A stretch of 64,000 nt of DNA from Thalia democratica (GCA_965202585.1 OZ241829.1:24490001-24554000); one strand, 5' to 3'. Shown: positions 25,421 to 39,172, numbered from the stretch's first letter. The notes: generated from the sequence alone by a model not told the origin. Translations and numbers: made by a program.

Positions 25421-27340
25421 AACTCTGCATAGCTTTCTATATTTCTTTAGCAGAGCTTATTTTTATGCGTATTTTAACAAATTTCATTTTTAAAAAAGGT
25501 GCTTTATGTTTCAAGCTTGAATTACCTTTCTTATAGTTCGCTAAAAATTTTGATGCAGTTAAATACACGAAATTAAAATGCTTTTCCAAGAAAATCTAAA
25601 ACTAAAAAATTATACAGTGTGTACATGACCAACATCTAAAACTAAAGCTACACAGTGTTTAACTACGTAAGAACTCGTTCATTTTTAGCACTTTACCTAA
25701 ACAGCATTAAATACTTAACTAATTTACTTATTGGAAACGTTTTTTGACATTCTAGGTTATTTTAAAATAATCAAATATCAACACAAAACATCATTCAACG
25801 AGTAACAAAAATAACTTAAAGCTGTTAAAACAAAAGAATTCCCTACAAATACAGTCACTACACTTTACTCTAATCTAAAATGTAATTTAGAAATACAAAT
25901 TTGTATAATAATAAAAATTAACGTTTTTTCTGTCATAATTTGTGTGACTACTTTATACATTTTATTTAAATATTTAAAACAACACAAAACTATTTTACAA
26001 AAATGAAGCTAGCAAAAAACTTTCAAGCTATTCTGTATGAAAATTGTATATTTAAAATAATCTTATGAATAGGATAAGCAACAGAACACTCAACAGTTTG
26101 CTGCTGAAAACTTTTTGTTTTAATTAAATAAATTATTGTTGCATTGATTGTCCTTTTGACAGATTATTTAGAGGAGTAAATATTTTTTAATGATCATTTT
26201 TTTAGACAAAATTTGTGTGAATTATTTTCTAATTTTATTATTACTTTTCATAGCAGTTTATTAGTTGAGTTTTTATTGTAGATTATGTGTTTACTTTCAT
26301 TGAATTTAAGTTAATACTAAAAAGTTTTTGTGAGTATGTTACGTTTATATCTGGAAAATTTCTTATATCTACTTGTCAATAATACAAATAGAAAAAATAA
26401 TTATGTGCATCGGATTAGGCAGAAACAAAAATTATAACATTTAAGAATGATGCTTTGTTAAACAGTTAATAATTTTTATAGTTGCACTACAAATTATCTA
26501 GAAAAAAAAAGCTACTCTCACTGTAATAGTTGCTTACAAAAAATTCAAGCAAACAAACTTGCCAGCTAGAATAAAAACCTTTAAGATTTTCTGGTCATTT
26601 TGTAGAGTTTATTTTTTTTAATTATTTACAACCATGGTTGGCAGCTAGTATAATATTTTTTTATTTGAAAATATTTTTACTGATTGGACATGAGGAAATA
26701 GTTTTAAACGAGTTTGTGTGAATATTTAGTTTGGAATAAAATCAGGATTCATCTTATAATTAATTTCATTTGGTATTAAGTTTATTGAACTAGCTAGAAA
26801 ATTACTGAATTTTTACTCAATGTTTTATAGTGGACACAGAAATTAGTTTTCTTTGTAAAATAGTTAAATTACCGATAAAAATAAATGTAAAAGTTTTTAT
26901 GTAATCTAATCATAAGTTATTTTTCGATATATTTTAAAGACTTTAAGTACATATTTTAAAATTTTATAAGTAAAAGATAGAACTGTATAAATACTGGTAA
27001 AAGGAGTCAAATACATAAACTAAATCGTCTAATTTGCATAGAATTGCATAATTGTAGAAGATTACTACGCACAACATACAAAATATTTGAAAACCATTGG
27101 CGTAAATGATCTTTGTAAAATTTGAAAACTGTTGTGTGTATGAGGTTTTACTGCATTTAGCTCAATTTTAATTATTTATTTTTATTATGATATTGTTTTA
27201 AAAATTAAGAAAATAATAAACGACAAAGGTGGTTTTCATAATCATACAAATCGAGTACGCTAAAACTGGTATGTAAATAATTAAAAAATTAAACTTTGAT
27301 TAGGTTTTTACCACTTTATTCTATGTTGCATGTTTTAAAC

Positions 27341-27583
27341 CAGTGGTCTTCGCGGTGTGCATAAAGTTTTGTAAGGTGAAAAACTTTATTTAATTTTTTT
27401 ATTTTTATAGCATAAAAAGCTAATAACGAAAATTAGCATCTTGACACGTTATTCACATATTATGACAATCAAAATATAAAACAATGTTTTTTGCAACTAT
27501 TTTAATTGCTGTAGTATAGCTCGCTCAGAATTTGTTTTCCACTGCTTTAGTGTGCACAGCTTTTAAAATGTTTAAGACCACTG
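27341..27583. mobile_element. hAT-type MITE
   Basis: 10-bp TIR cagtggtctt / aagaccactg with a perfect 8-bp target-site duplication ttttaaac (27333-27340, 27584-27591). Confidence 0.88.
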
Positions 27584-29008
27584 TTTTAAACAACACAATA
27601 CTAATTTTCCGCTAATAAAAAACATTAATAATAATATTTACTCATGTACCCAGTCAAAAAAACTAAATGCAAAATTAATCCACATGTGAAACTTTTATAA
27701 ACACTAATACTGACGATAAAATTTTTATAAAAACAACAATTAGTTATTTATACTAAACTTTCAACCATGACTACAATAACTTGTTTAATCTAAAGCATAA
27801 AGTATGCACACAAACGTAGTTGGACCCTTACGACTTTAATTTCAAATCTTTTATTTCAACTAAAGTGCATTTCTTAAATAAATAAACAACAGCCGTTAAT
27901 TTCAGTCTACGTTTGTATTTTAATCATTTGTTAACTCATATCCTAAACACAAATATGTGTTCTGTAAGGTCGTGTAGAATTAAAGAGAAATAACAAATAT
28001 ATTACGACAATTTACGAAGCTAATATTTTAAATTCGACGAGTTGAAAATGTCAAAGTTAAAATCTCGCAAGTTTGAAATGACATTGAAACAATTAGTAAC
28101 AATTTACAAAATTATTAGGAAATCAAAAAACTGGTTAAAATTGATCAAAAATTCAAAGTCTTGTAGTTTAATAAGCTGAACAAAAAAGAAACATCATACT
28201 AGAGTAGGTCGAAATCAAAAATTGTGTATAACTATGAGCTTATAAAAAATAAATAGAGCAAATGATACTTACAACAAATTTTTTATTCGAATTATTATTT
28301 TACAACAATGCAAAAGTTTTTTACACTTTTGTTACTTTTTAAGTTTGAAAAAATAATAAAAAGTTTGAATTTAGAAATAATAGCTAAAATATTGAGGTAC
28401 AAAAAATAAAAACATATAAAACTTTGTAATATTATTGAAATCAAAAAAACAAAAACCAACTAAAAATAATTCAATGCGCTTAAAACTAATTTCATGAATT
28501 ATAGTTTACATTGAACTAGATCTAACAATAAAAAAAATATTTTACTGGCTTTCAGTATAAAAGTATAACATACAAACGGAAAATGTAAGAAAAACTTTTA
28601 CAAAAAGCCTCTGAGCGGTTCTTAACAAACAGCAACTTAGAAAATATGATCTGGCAACAAGAGTTTGGGTGCACGACTATCCGAATTCAAACAATTGAAG
28701 TTCTTGAAAGAAAATTTTTGAGGCCATATCTCAAAAAGTAATATATGTTTGAAAATTTATATAATAAACGGCTATAACATTTTCAATTATCTTTTAGCCA
28801 TTTTTTTTTTTTTTGCAAAATTTTCAACATTTTTTAGATACTTCGAAATAAATTTTAAAACATAGTAAATTTAAGTAACTTCTAAACTTCTTTTTTAATG
28901 CTTTTATGTAATATATTCTTTTACTATCATAATTGTATTAGCAAGATCTATATTTTTTTTCTCATATTTTGAGATACGGCTTCTTGAACTTTCAAATAGA
29001 TCAATAGT

Positions 29009-32000
29009 TCACACTTCGCACCTGGCCTTCTCCATCAACTCGATATTCTCCCTCATCTCCACGCTCTTCTCCCTGTAAACCTCCGTGATCTCCTCCTCCT
29101 TCAGCTCCAAGATCTGAACCAGCTCCTTGTGGTCTCTCTCCCGCTCCAGCTCGCCCTCCTTCAACTGGGAGAAGATTTGAAGTTACATTAACTGAACCAG
29201 GGTCTCTCAAAATTATACAGTAATCAGGTTTCCAAATGCTTTTTGTAAATTTACTAAAATGCTTTGAAAAGGTTTTGAAGACATGTTTTTCGGCCCATTT
29301 TTAGTATAAAATAAATCTTAAGTTAAAAAAAACTGTCTTTAAAAGTAGAACAACATTGGTAAGATACAGTAAAACTAATTTCAATGTGTTCTAAAGTTAG
29401 TTTTTTAAGTTTTATGGTAGAATTTTGTATATAGTCGAAATTTTATTACTTCAAATATAAAAAAAAAGTTTTTAACTCCAGGTTTTTTATCAAAACTTCT
29501 CAAATTACAAGTTTTTTCAGTTTTTTTTTAGCATAAACTGTCAAATTTCAGGTTTTTACAGGATTTCAATTTTTTTTTGCAACCCTGTATAATGTCCCCT
29601 AGAGGACAATTTTTTTCTGTCAATGGGCAAAAGCTACTAAGGGGCGAAAATTTATATTGGTAATTAACTAGTAAATGAGTGATTTCTAATAAAGGGGGCT
29701 GACTATTATTTTAATCGTTTGCAAATATACTCTTTATACAAATACAATAAAATTTACAATAGCTTCTTCTCACCTCTTTGATTTTCTGCAGCACCTCTCT
29801 CATCTCCTGTTCTTCCCTGCTCATCTTTTCTCTCATTTTCTCAATCCTCTCCCGCTTTTCTCGGTTTTCCCGCCTTTTTTTATCGTTCCGCTTGCGCGAT
29901 TCCGCAGTGGCCTCGCGGCAATCTTCGATTTTTCCCTCCAAAATTCTCACATCCTTGCTCTTGCTCGAAAGCTCCATCTGCCTACAAAACTTTATTTTTA
30001 TTAAATATAATACTTTCAATCATAATTATTATCATCATTTCCCGGTATATTAACAAAATCCACCCGCTTTCAAAATCCACCTGCTTTTTTTTTATCTAAT
30101 TTTATTATATACATCTTTTGCATTTTAAAACTTATTTTTCACTATCACTGTTACCCCTAACCCTTACCCTCGATCGGTAAGCGGTTCTCGAATTAGACTG
30201 GCTAGATTTTGATCACGGGTGAATTTTGAACGTGTCCCCATTTCCCAACAGAAACTTTTTAAACCATTAAAATAAACTTTTTGTGTTTGAGAACTCGTAA
30301 TACTTTTAAAATTATAGCTCTCATTTATTATAAACTTTTGACTTAACTTATTCGTGATTTAAGCTTTCAACGTAAAATAAAACCAAAAAATTTATTGCTC
30401 AAAAGTATTAAAGTAATACTTCTTTTCAGGCATTTTCCAGTTATGTGTTAACAATTTTGTTAGTCAAAAGCTACTATTGGTAACTAAAACATTTCAAAAC
30501 CTTGTTTTTGTAAAATAAAAAACAGTTTTATTGTGCTTATTGACCACCTGATCAAATTCAAACCTAAAAGATAATTTTTTTGTTGCAAGAAACTAAATTT
30601 TATATTCGTAGTAAGAAAAACAGAATGGTATGCTAACTATTTTTTAATCAAAAACTTTTTACTAACCTCTGAGAAAGCAAATCTTGATCCTTTAAAACAT
30701 CATCTTTTAACTGGCACGCTTTTTCCAAACCTGAATATTTTTATCATAAGTTGTAGTTATACACAAAACCTTTTGTGGTCATTGAGAAAAAAATTATTCT
30801 TTATAAAATTATATTTTTTAATTTCAAAAAATTTAATTTTGTAGTAAAAAAATCATCCAGAAAGTTTAGAGAAGAGATTTTTATTTTCCTGCATGAACTT
30901 TTTAGGTAACACAAATTTTTTTTAGATTAAATTATCTGACTTTTTTACCTTCATTCGACTCCTAGTAACAAAACTTGAATAGTTATTTTTATAAATCATT
31001 CACACAAACAAAAGTAACCTTAAAATAAACTAAGAAGTTACAATGTTAAAAAAATCAAACTAGCATTTTTAATTTCTCAACAAACTTTAAAAAATATCAA
31101 ACTTACTTCGAAGTCAAAGAACCATACTTTTCAAAACTCAAATTGTTACAACCATAAAATGATAAAATTAAATCGTACAACTTATATTAGATGTGCTTGA
31201 TATCAGTCAGAGTCACGCCTGAGTCACTATAGATTAGCTTGAGTCTGAATGAGTTTATTAAAACTCCTTTATAAAATTTTACCTTCTGGAACAATTTACT
31301 TTTCCCTTATGTTTTCACCAACTTACATTAAGATAACGACAATATTTAAATGTGTTATTTAAATGCACGTTCAATCTATGCATACCTAATTTAACTTTCA
31401 ACACTGATACTTAACTCATAAATTACTAAACAGTCGGAAATTTTAACTCAATGGTTGAAATTAACACTACAAAATTGAGAAAATTTAAATAGCAGAAAAC
31501 TACTTAATTAGAAAACAAATACATAAAAATTTATTCCATTTCACTCTAGTTATATTAAAAACGAGTTTTAGTTCTTACATTTATTTTTGAAATAGTCTAA
31601 TTTTATCAGAAAAAAAATTAGCTTGAGTTTAAAAATCTCAAAACAGATAAGCGGGTGGTAACTTTAAAATATTATAAATAGAAATATGTATAAAACTACA
31701 TTGTGATCTCAAATAAAGTAAAACAAGGCTTAATTTAGTATTAAGATATTGGCTGCCACTCACAAGTTTTTTTTGTTTTATCTATATATTTAAATACCGA
31801 ACAATATACGTATATAAAACGAACTTTCTTGAAAACTTTTCCCGATCTGATTGATTGATTCCAGCTGCTGAAGCTTCACTCGATCATTTTTCATTTCTTC
31901 GTCCAGTTGCTTCAACTCCAACTTCTTCACTTGCACATTTCCCTTTTCTTCTTCCACCTGAAATGAAGGTTATTTTGATGTGAATATTTTTTTTATTTCT

Positions 32001-35000
32001 ACCAAACTGTGTTGAATGCTTATAGTTTTAAAATTATCTACTTAAAAAAATAATTTTAGCAACATAGAAAAAATTAACGATTTTATTTGTTTGAAATATT
32101 TCTTCCAAGTTTTTACGTTTTTGTACTTTTATTTTTAAATTATTTTTTATGGCGACCCGTAAGGTCAGTAAAGCGATTTGTTGGTAAAACAGTGATTTGT
32201 CCAATGCTGGGAATTTCTTAGAGATCTTGAAACTTGGACAACTCACACTAAAGATGTTATGAACGGCTGAGTCTTTTGATTATGCTTTCAATATAACACG
32301 AATAATTTAAAGATCAAATTTAAAAAATAAGAGGGTTTTTGTAGCTTAATTCCACTGCATTTTTAGTAAAAATTTGCCTATTATTCTAAAACAACTTGTA
32401 ACAAATAAAAGGATATTGTAGTTCTATTTTACACACATGTTATTATATCTAATATAATCATTTTTACGTGTACTTGATGAAAAACATCTTTTATTAAATG
32501 TAACATTTTTATGCAAATAAATAACATATTTTCATGTGGCATACTACTCTAAAAATTAAAGCCATGAAATACTCTGCAACAGAGACTCTGCTAAGAAAAA
32601 AATTGTTTTGAAAGCTAAGAAAGAATTTGTTTTTGAAAGCAGGGTCGTTGTAAATTACGATTACAATTTAGCAGGATTTAACTTAGCTAATTTCAATAGA
32701 CACGAAACAAGCTAGGATGAACAATATTTTTACGTTGACTTAAAATAGCTGCAAAGTATCATTGAACAAATGTGGGAGCAACTTATGGCTTTTGGAAATT
32801 TTTAACTTATATAGCTCTTGATTTTCTTTTAAATGGACAGTTATTAATTCGAAACCTTGTTGTCAGAAGCACTTAAGTCTATATATTACAGTTAAAAACT
32901 GTATGATCAACTGAAACGTTGATCAATTAGTAACCTGCTTTCTCAGTTTGAATTGATTTTCATCAGTAACATGTTGAAGTTCGTATTCTTTTATTTTTCT
33001 TTTTACTCCGCTCAACTTTTCAACTTTGTCTTCGCATTGCCTAGTTAAATCTTGCAATTTCACCTATACAACAAAAAATAAGCAATGTAATCTGTCTTCT
33101 TTTATAAAGAAGGAAAAACTAAATTTATATTTCATTTTCTTGTTATGTAAACATTACTGAAACAGTTCAAAAATTTTTTTTTAATTACTTTGTTACTTTA
33201 CTTTTTGTCAATATGAAGAATACGTTTAAAGTTACAAAAATAATAACATAATTGCAACTTATATTTTCAAATATAATTGTTTTCAAAAATTTCAACCACC
33301 GGATGTCTCACCTTGAGCTCCTGCTTCTCGTTCCTGACTTCCTGGTAGCTCGACCTCTCCAGCTTCGCGGCCAGCTCCTCCTTCTCCTCCTCCAACCTCG
33401 CCTCCTCCCCCCTCCTGCCCTCCACCTTCTCCCTCAGAACCTCGTACTCCCTCCTCAGTTTATCCGCTTGCTGGCGCACCTGAGCAAGATCGTTCTGGTG
33501 GGCCACGTGGTTGTTGTAGTGCTCCTCCCATTTCTCATTGTATCCTGATAAATTTCTATAACTTATATTTTGGTGCAGACCTTTTATTTAAAGGTTTTAA
33601 AATTATTATTTGTAGAAGAATGACTCCCGATGCTTATTTAAACCTTTCCAATTCTCATTGTAACTTTTAAATCTTTTTTTTTTGTATAATTTTGAATATA
33701 GGAGTAATTTACTTTATAGCTTTAAGGAACAAGCGTGTCGTTGATTTATAAACTCTTTGAGATTTTTATAAGCTTTGTCACTCACTGAAAAATAAATATG
33801 CACTTAAATTACTTTGTTGACAATAATTAAAGTTTAAAAGAATTTACTTTATATCTTAACATATCAAGTAAAAATCTGTACTCAAACAATTATAAATGTT
33901 AACCTTGCTATCTTCTTGAAAGCAATTACCACATACTAATTATTTTATTTCATTGTTAATTACAATTTGTCATGATCATGATATCAACAACTGTATAAAT
34001 CTAAATCAAAATTTAATAATAAATAAAACCTTATGCACTAATTATGCATAACATTACCACTTTAAACAAAATTTACTTTAAGTTTAAAGTAAGTTGATTA
34101 ACATTTTAATAAATATTGTAAAAATGTATACACATACATGCAAAAACTTAAACCTTCTTATTTTAATAAAAACAACTATCACACATTAGCTAATTTATTG
34201 TAATGTAACCTGCAACTTGTATGATCATGATATCAGCAACTGTAAAAATATTACAAACCAAAACTTAAAGAGTAAACACATAATGAAAAACCTTCAATGG
34301 ACATGAAGTAGTTGATGACGTGCTCCAGGAACCTCTTGATCTCCTTCCAGCTGCAGTTGATGAACAGGCTCAGTTGGAACCGGTCCCTGTTGATGGAGGG
34401 GATTACCCTGTTCAGAGCGTGGCACAGGTTGGTGTACGTGATCAGGTTGGTCATGTGCAGGTTTTCCACCTGATCCTGAACCAGGTTCCGGCTGTCCAGT
34501 TCCTTCATGTCCACGTTGAACCTGTGCGGTTGGGAGAAAATATTGTCTATGCATTTTTGTCTCATTTTTGCTGAGTAGGAGATGAACTAAAATGTTGACT
34601 TATACAATCGTGCGGATTTTGCATATATTTAGGGCAAAAACTGAAAAAAAGATAAATTTGCCTATTCAATATTAATCAAATGAATACAAATGTTATTTAA
34701 CTGCACATCTTCTAAAAAGCTTTTGATTTTAATCAATCAAAAAACAGCTAATAATAGATATTACTTTTTTAGCTTAAATAAAGCTTAGATAATATGAACA
34801 ATGAACATGTATAAACTGTTAATAAAAACAAAGCTAAAACCATTTTCAACATTAGTTTGGATGCATATTACTGATTTACAACAACTATAAATATTGTTAT
34901 ACTTAATTGTATCAAAGAAATTTACAGATGAACATTATCAGCAAAAAAGTTACAACTACTCTTTTAGGGTTAAAAATAACCTTTCAAGAACATTTTGCAC

Positions 35001-35141
35001 AATACTTCTCTGAAGCTGTGTTTGCTGTTTAACTCTGACATTTTTGTGTTCATCTCCAAAAAGTCCATCAGCAAAGTTGCTGTCAAGTTCCTCAACTTTG
35101 AATGTGTTCACATCACACTGAAACTCTCTTTTTCTACTCAT
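29009..35141 (-). CDS. NUF2: Divergent NUF2-like kinetochore protein (CH domain + coiled coil)
   Basis: Exons 35141-34981, 34521-34292, 33544-33312, 33063-32935, 31957-~31826, 29981-29774 and 29164-29009 (TGA). FQLSLFINCSWKEIKRFLEHVINYFMSIE matches the end of the Nuf2 CH domain (F...D.L.P...R..RFLS.IINF..F.E). An E/K-rich coiled coil follows; ~415 aa in total. The junction between the 31957 and 29981 exons is unresolved. Confidence 0.62.
29225..29587. mobile_element. Degenerate CAGGGTT-type MITE in a NUF2-like intron
   Basis: caggtttccaaa ... ttgcaaccctg imperfect TIR resembling the elements at 35296 and 37244. Confidence 0.4.
30040..30245 (+). mobile_element. Inverted-repeat element with the ccctaacccttaccct core
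   Basis: Arms caaaatccacccg (~30055) and cgggtgaattttg (~30216); core actgttacccctaacccttaccctcgatcggtaagcgg. Confidence 0.65.
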
Positions 35142-35295
35142 TTTTGTTTTACTTACACCTGGTAAATACAATATGTTAATTTATAATTTTATCAGTAATT
35201 TATAGTTAGTTATTAAATTTATAGTATTACAAAAATAGATTTAAGTATTAATTAAAACCTACCAAATTTTAATTCAGATCTGAATTTTTGTACAA

Positions 35296-35607
35296 CAGGG
35301 TTTCCTAAACTTTTTTTCAAAAGGCTAACTTTAAATAATTTAAAAAAGCTATGGCCACCTCCAAACAAGATTACTGAAAAAACTACCATAAAACACACTA
35401 AGGACCTTTTTTTGCTCCTTATCAGCAACTGGTAAATATCCTAGTGTAAGTTTCAAAACTACTATCAAAAACACCTAAGACCTTTTTTTTGTTCTTCATT
35501 TACAACTCCAGAATATCTAAAGTAAGTTTCAAATTATTGGCCCCCTTTGGCCCCTTTGCTGGCCATGGCCCACAAGGGGACCACTTAGCCAACTTTGGGA
35601 AACCCTG
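35296..35607. mobile_element. hAT-type MITE just upstream of the NUF2-like first coding exon
   Basis: TIR cagggtttcc / ggaaaccctg; flanks ttgtacaa (35288-35295) and ttgtacag (35608-35615) form a 7/8 TSD; internal ~77-bp tandem duplication. Confidence 0.85.
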
Positions 35608-36419
35608 TTGTACAGTTATTCTAATCTAAAAGTAAAAAAGTCCATAACCCTCCATTACTTGAATGCAAACTATTTGATTTAAACTCACTAAAAAAACACA
35701 AAAAACTTTTAACAATTTAAGACTTTAATTAAATATTTAATAACTGAATTTTTTTTTCTAGTATCAAAGTTTCCGTGTTCTATTTGATAAAAAACACTAT
35801 GGAATGTAGTAAAAATAAAACTTTGGTCTGAATGTAGATGCACTGTAATTTCAATAATTTATTTAATTAAAACAGCATCAAGTATCATTTAAACTATTCA
35901 CACTATAATTGTCAGTTCTTTAAATAAAAAGTAAACTGGCTAAAGTAATAATTGAGATATTCATTATGGATTTATATTTGCACAAATTATATTTTCAAAA
36001 GTTTTGCATGGATGCCTCTTTTACACAGCTGTTACCTATGAATAAAATTAAATTGTTGCTAAGATTACATTCTTATATGGTTTTCACAAACTAACACTTG
36101 GCATAAGATGTCTCAATAGATTGTTGTTCAAAGTGGCATGACTTAACCATTAAACTGCATAATGATCAAAAATTTGTTTACTATGATCTATAAAGCTGAA
36201 ATTGAACTTTTTTTCAATTCTATATTACAGACAAAATTGGCATACTATATATATTATGACGTCAAAATACAACAAAACCAATTAAAAAGTCTATAATGTA
36301 TGCCTATAAACATAAGCTTTCATTTTGGATATAAAATATAAGTCTAGGTCCTAAGACATGGAATAATTTGAATTGTTACTATTTAGGTCAAAAAACAGAA
36401 TGTATTAGATTTTTGGGTA

Positions 36420-36915
36420 GGTGTCAAATATGCACTAACACACTTTTGCATGACGTCATTTCTACACAAAAAGTCACTTTTGCACAAAGACACTTTTGCA
36501 CAGGTTGAACTTTTATTTTATTTTTATTAGTTTTTTTTTTACTATCACTATTTCACCAAACCTTTACCCTCCGTGTAACTCCATACCTTCTTTTTTGTTT
36601 TTTTATTAAAAAATTTATTATATACTTTTTCTTGATTTTTTATATTAATAATGTTTATTAGTTTTTTTTAATATCACTGTTACTCCTAACCCTTACCCTT
36701 GGTCAGTAACTTATTCTTTCATCTTCTTTTTTTTTTGTTTATTTATCTTTTTGTATTTTCATTTATTAATCTTTTTTTACATTTACTTTTTTTTTCAACT
36801 CTTGTACAAAAACTACTGTTTGTGCAAAAGTAACCCTACGAGCAATTGTGTTTTTGTGCAAAAATTTCCTTACATGCATAAATGTCCCTTTGTGGATATT
36901 TGATCCTTAGTGCAG
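36420..36915 (+). mobile_element. Inverted-repeat element with the ccctaacccttaccct core and cacttttgcaca subrepeat arms
   Basis: The left arm repeats acttttgcacaaa and the right arm repeats tttgtgcaaaagt; core actgttactcctaacccttacccttggtcagtaa at ~36676-36708. Confidence 0.65.
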
Positions 36916-37243
36916 AATTTTTCCCTAGACTTTTAGTGGTCAAACCAATTTTTATGGTACCAACTGTGAAAAATTGATTTTTTTATTATCTTTGTAATGA
37001 ATCCAAAACACCTTCAAATCTTATCAGTCCATGAAAATTCAATTAAATAACTGGAAAAAATGTTGTACTTACTACCCCAAAATAAAGTAAATATAGCTTT
37101 AGGAATTTTTAAATTTTCAAGAAAGCTGTCAATGAAAAAATTTAAGCCCACACGTTTGTATCTAAATTTTTTTATAAAATTGACTATATCTTGAAACTTT
37201 GTTTAAATTTTTCTTTTATGCAAATAAATACTTTGAGTTTATA

Positions 37244-37578
37244 CAGGGTTTCCACTCTTAAAGTCAAAAAACTGTTTTGAGGGTAGAAACTGTCTTGAGT
37301 CATCCTGAATAAAAATCAAGTTCCTCAACAAAATTGGTTATTAAATATCAAATTATTGAACTTAGTTAGTCAACTAAAACTCATTCAAAATCTAGAAAAA
37401 ACTAGGTCTTAGATTTCAGAAATCTAAAGCTACTCTAATCTTTTATAAATAAACAAAACTATCCTGAGTCAGCTTGAGTTTAAAAAACAAATTCTAAATA
37501 TCCTGAGTTATAAACATTCATCCTGAGATTTCAAAATATCAAAATACCCTGAGCTGTCATAAGTGTGTGGCAACCCTG
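37244..37578. mobile_element. MITE with CAGGGTT(T/G)CCAC termini
   Basis: TIR cagggtttccac / gtggcaaccctg (11/12), flanked by the 6-bp direct repeat tttata; internal tcctgag subrepeats. Confidence 0.7.
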
Positions 37579-38710
37579 TTTATACTTAAAGTTATAGTTT
37601 ATACTTAAAGTGTACATAGCAGGTATTTTTATTTAGTGATATTCCCCCTCTTATGCATACTATTTTTTTTTAAGTCACTTAAAAATCTAATAAACAATTA
37701 AATCTATAGCAACCTGTTGTACTAGACTGGACAATGCAATAACCAAATGCCATAAAGAGACGATTAAGAAAATTTTAATTAGTAACTAACTTTTAGATAA
37801 AAAGAATATATGCATAAATTGGAAAAAATAAAACTTAAAAACTAATTTGTCAAATAAAACTTTTTTTAAAACATTCTGATACCTAAAAACTATTAAAAAT
37901 AAACATATCTAACTTTTTGAAAGTCAAAATAATGTTGTTGAAAGAAAAAATACCAACTATTCTAATAAGGATTTATGAAACTTTTATTATATTAATTCTA
38001 TAAAAAAAATATTACTACCTCTTTAAACTTATTTGATTTAAGAACTTTTAAATATTTCCCATTTAAACTGATAACATGAACAATTTATACTTAATAAAAA
38101 AATAATAATTCTTTATAAACAATTGTATCTATATACTTTAAGTACTGGTCCTAGACATAATCCAGTTATTTTTATTTGAAAATTACAATTTTAAATGGAA
38201 GTCCAGAAAAATTCAAGGAAACCAAGGATAAGTGGGAACCCTGATTAAACAATAATTAATACAAAACAAAATAATATCTAACAAATAAAAAAGTAAAACT
38301 AAGAAAAAATACTGATTTTAACTTAAAAACAAAGCATGAGATTTAGAAAAAAATCCAAGTTAGCTGAATTTTTTTTAATACCAAAACAAAACTCAAACTA
38401 AACAGTTTTTTTTTTAAAAGTAACCTGATGGCCTGAAAAAACAGTAACATTGCACTGTTTGTCTAAAATAATTATAAGTAATATCTAAACTAATTCAACA
38501 ATTATACCTTAAAATGAAACTATAAAATTGATTAACTTAAGAACATAGGAAAAACTAAAATCTTTAAAATTCTTAACTTTCTTTAAAAATAGGTATCATT
38601 GTTCAGCTTACTTTAAAGGAATTCTAAAACTTTTAACTTTGAGTTTTGAGAAAACATAAAGATAAAAGTAAAAAAAAAATTTTTGTTTTACTTACTTCTA
38701 TCTATAAGAG

Positions 38711-39172
38711 CAGTGATCTACCAGATCCACAAAACTGAGATTAAGATATGGATTAAGTTTAACTAAATTTTCAAGACTTTCAATGTATTAAGCTGTTAAT
38801 CTTCATATTTGGTAAAGTATGTCCACACTAGATTGAAAATTTCAATGCACTCTTAGCTTAAAACCTCCAACAAATATACCAAAGACCTTTTATTTGTTCA
38901 ACATCTCAAACTCAAGAAAACCAGTGTAAAATTTAAAACAAATTTTGTGCTACCTAAAATTTTGTGCTCATTACTCTGAACTGTGCATGGGTCTTTTGTT
39001 AACTCATTTGCTAAACCATGTCTGACATATCCTAAAACTAGTGATGTAATGGATCCACAACATTGGGACCTGGATCTATTTTTGAAATTATGATTCAGCT
39101 AGATCCTTTTTGATAACTATGAACCAGATCTTTCTGAAAAAAGGTCAGATTTATTTTGGTAGATCACCAGTG
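38711..39172. mobile_element. Possible decayed MITE
   Basis: cagtgatctacca versus tggtagatcac inverted termini and internal agatc subrepeats; no clear TSD. Confidence 0.35.

Noticed and set aside
28610-28740. Exon-like GC-richer patch downstream of the NUF2-like stop
   Set aside because: Under 40 open codons, with no convincing acceptor or homology.
30150-30175. ccctaaccct as telomeric or interstitial telomeric repeat
   Set aside because: Only one to two imperfect units, inside a mobile-element core.
29001-34574. ORFs 29001-29210, 29778-30053, 33252-33548, 34294-34554 and 34320-34574
   Set aside because: Off-frame or antisense to the NUF2-like exons.
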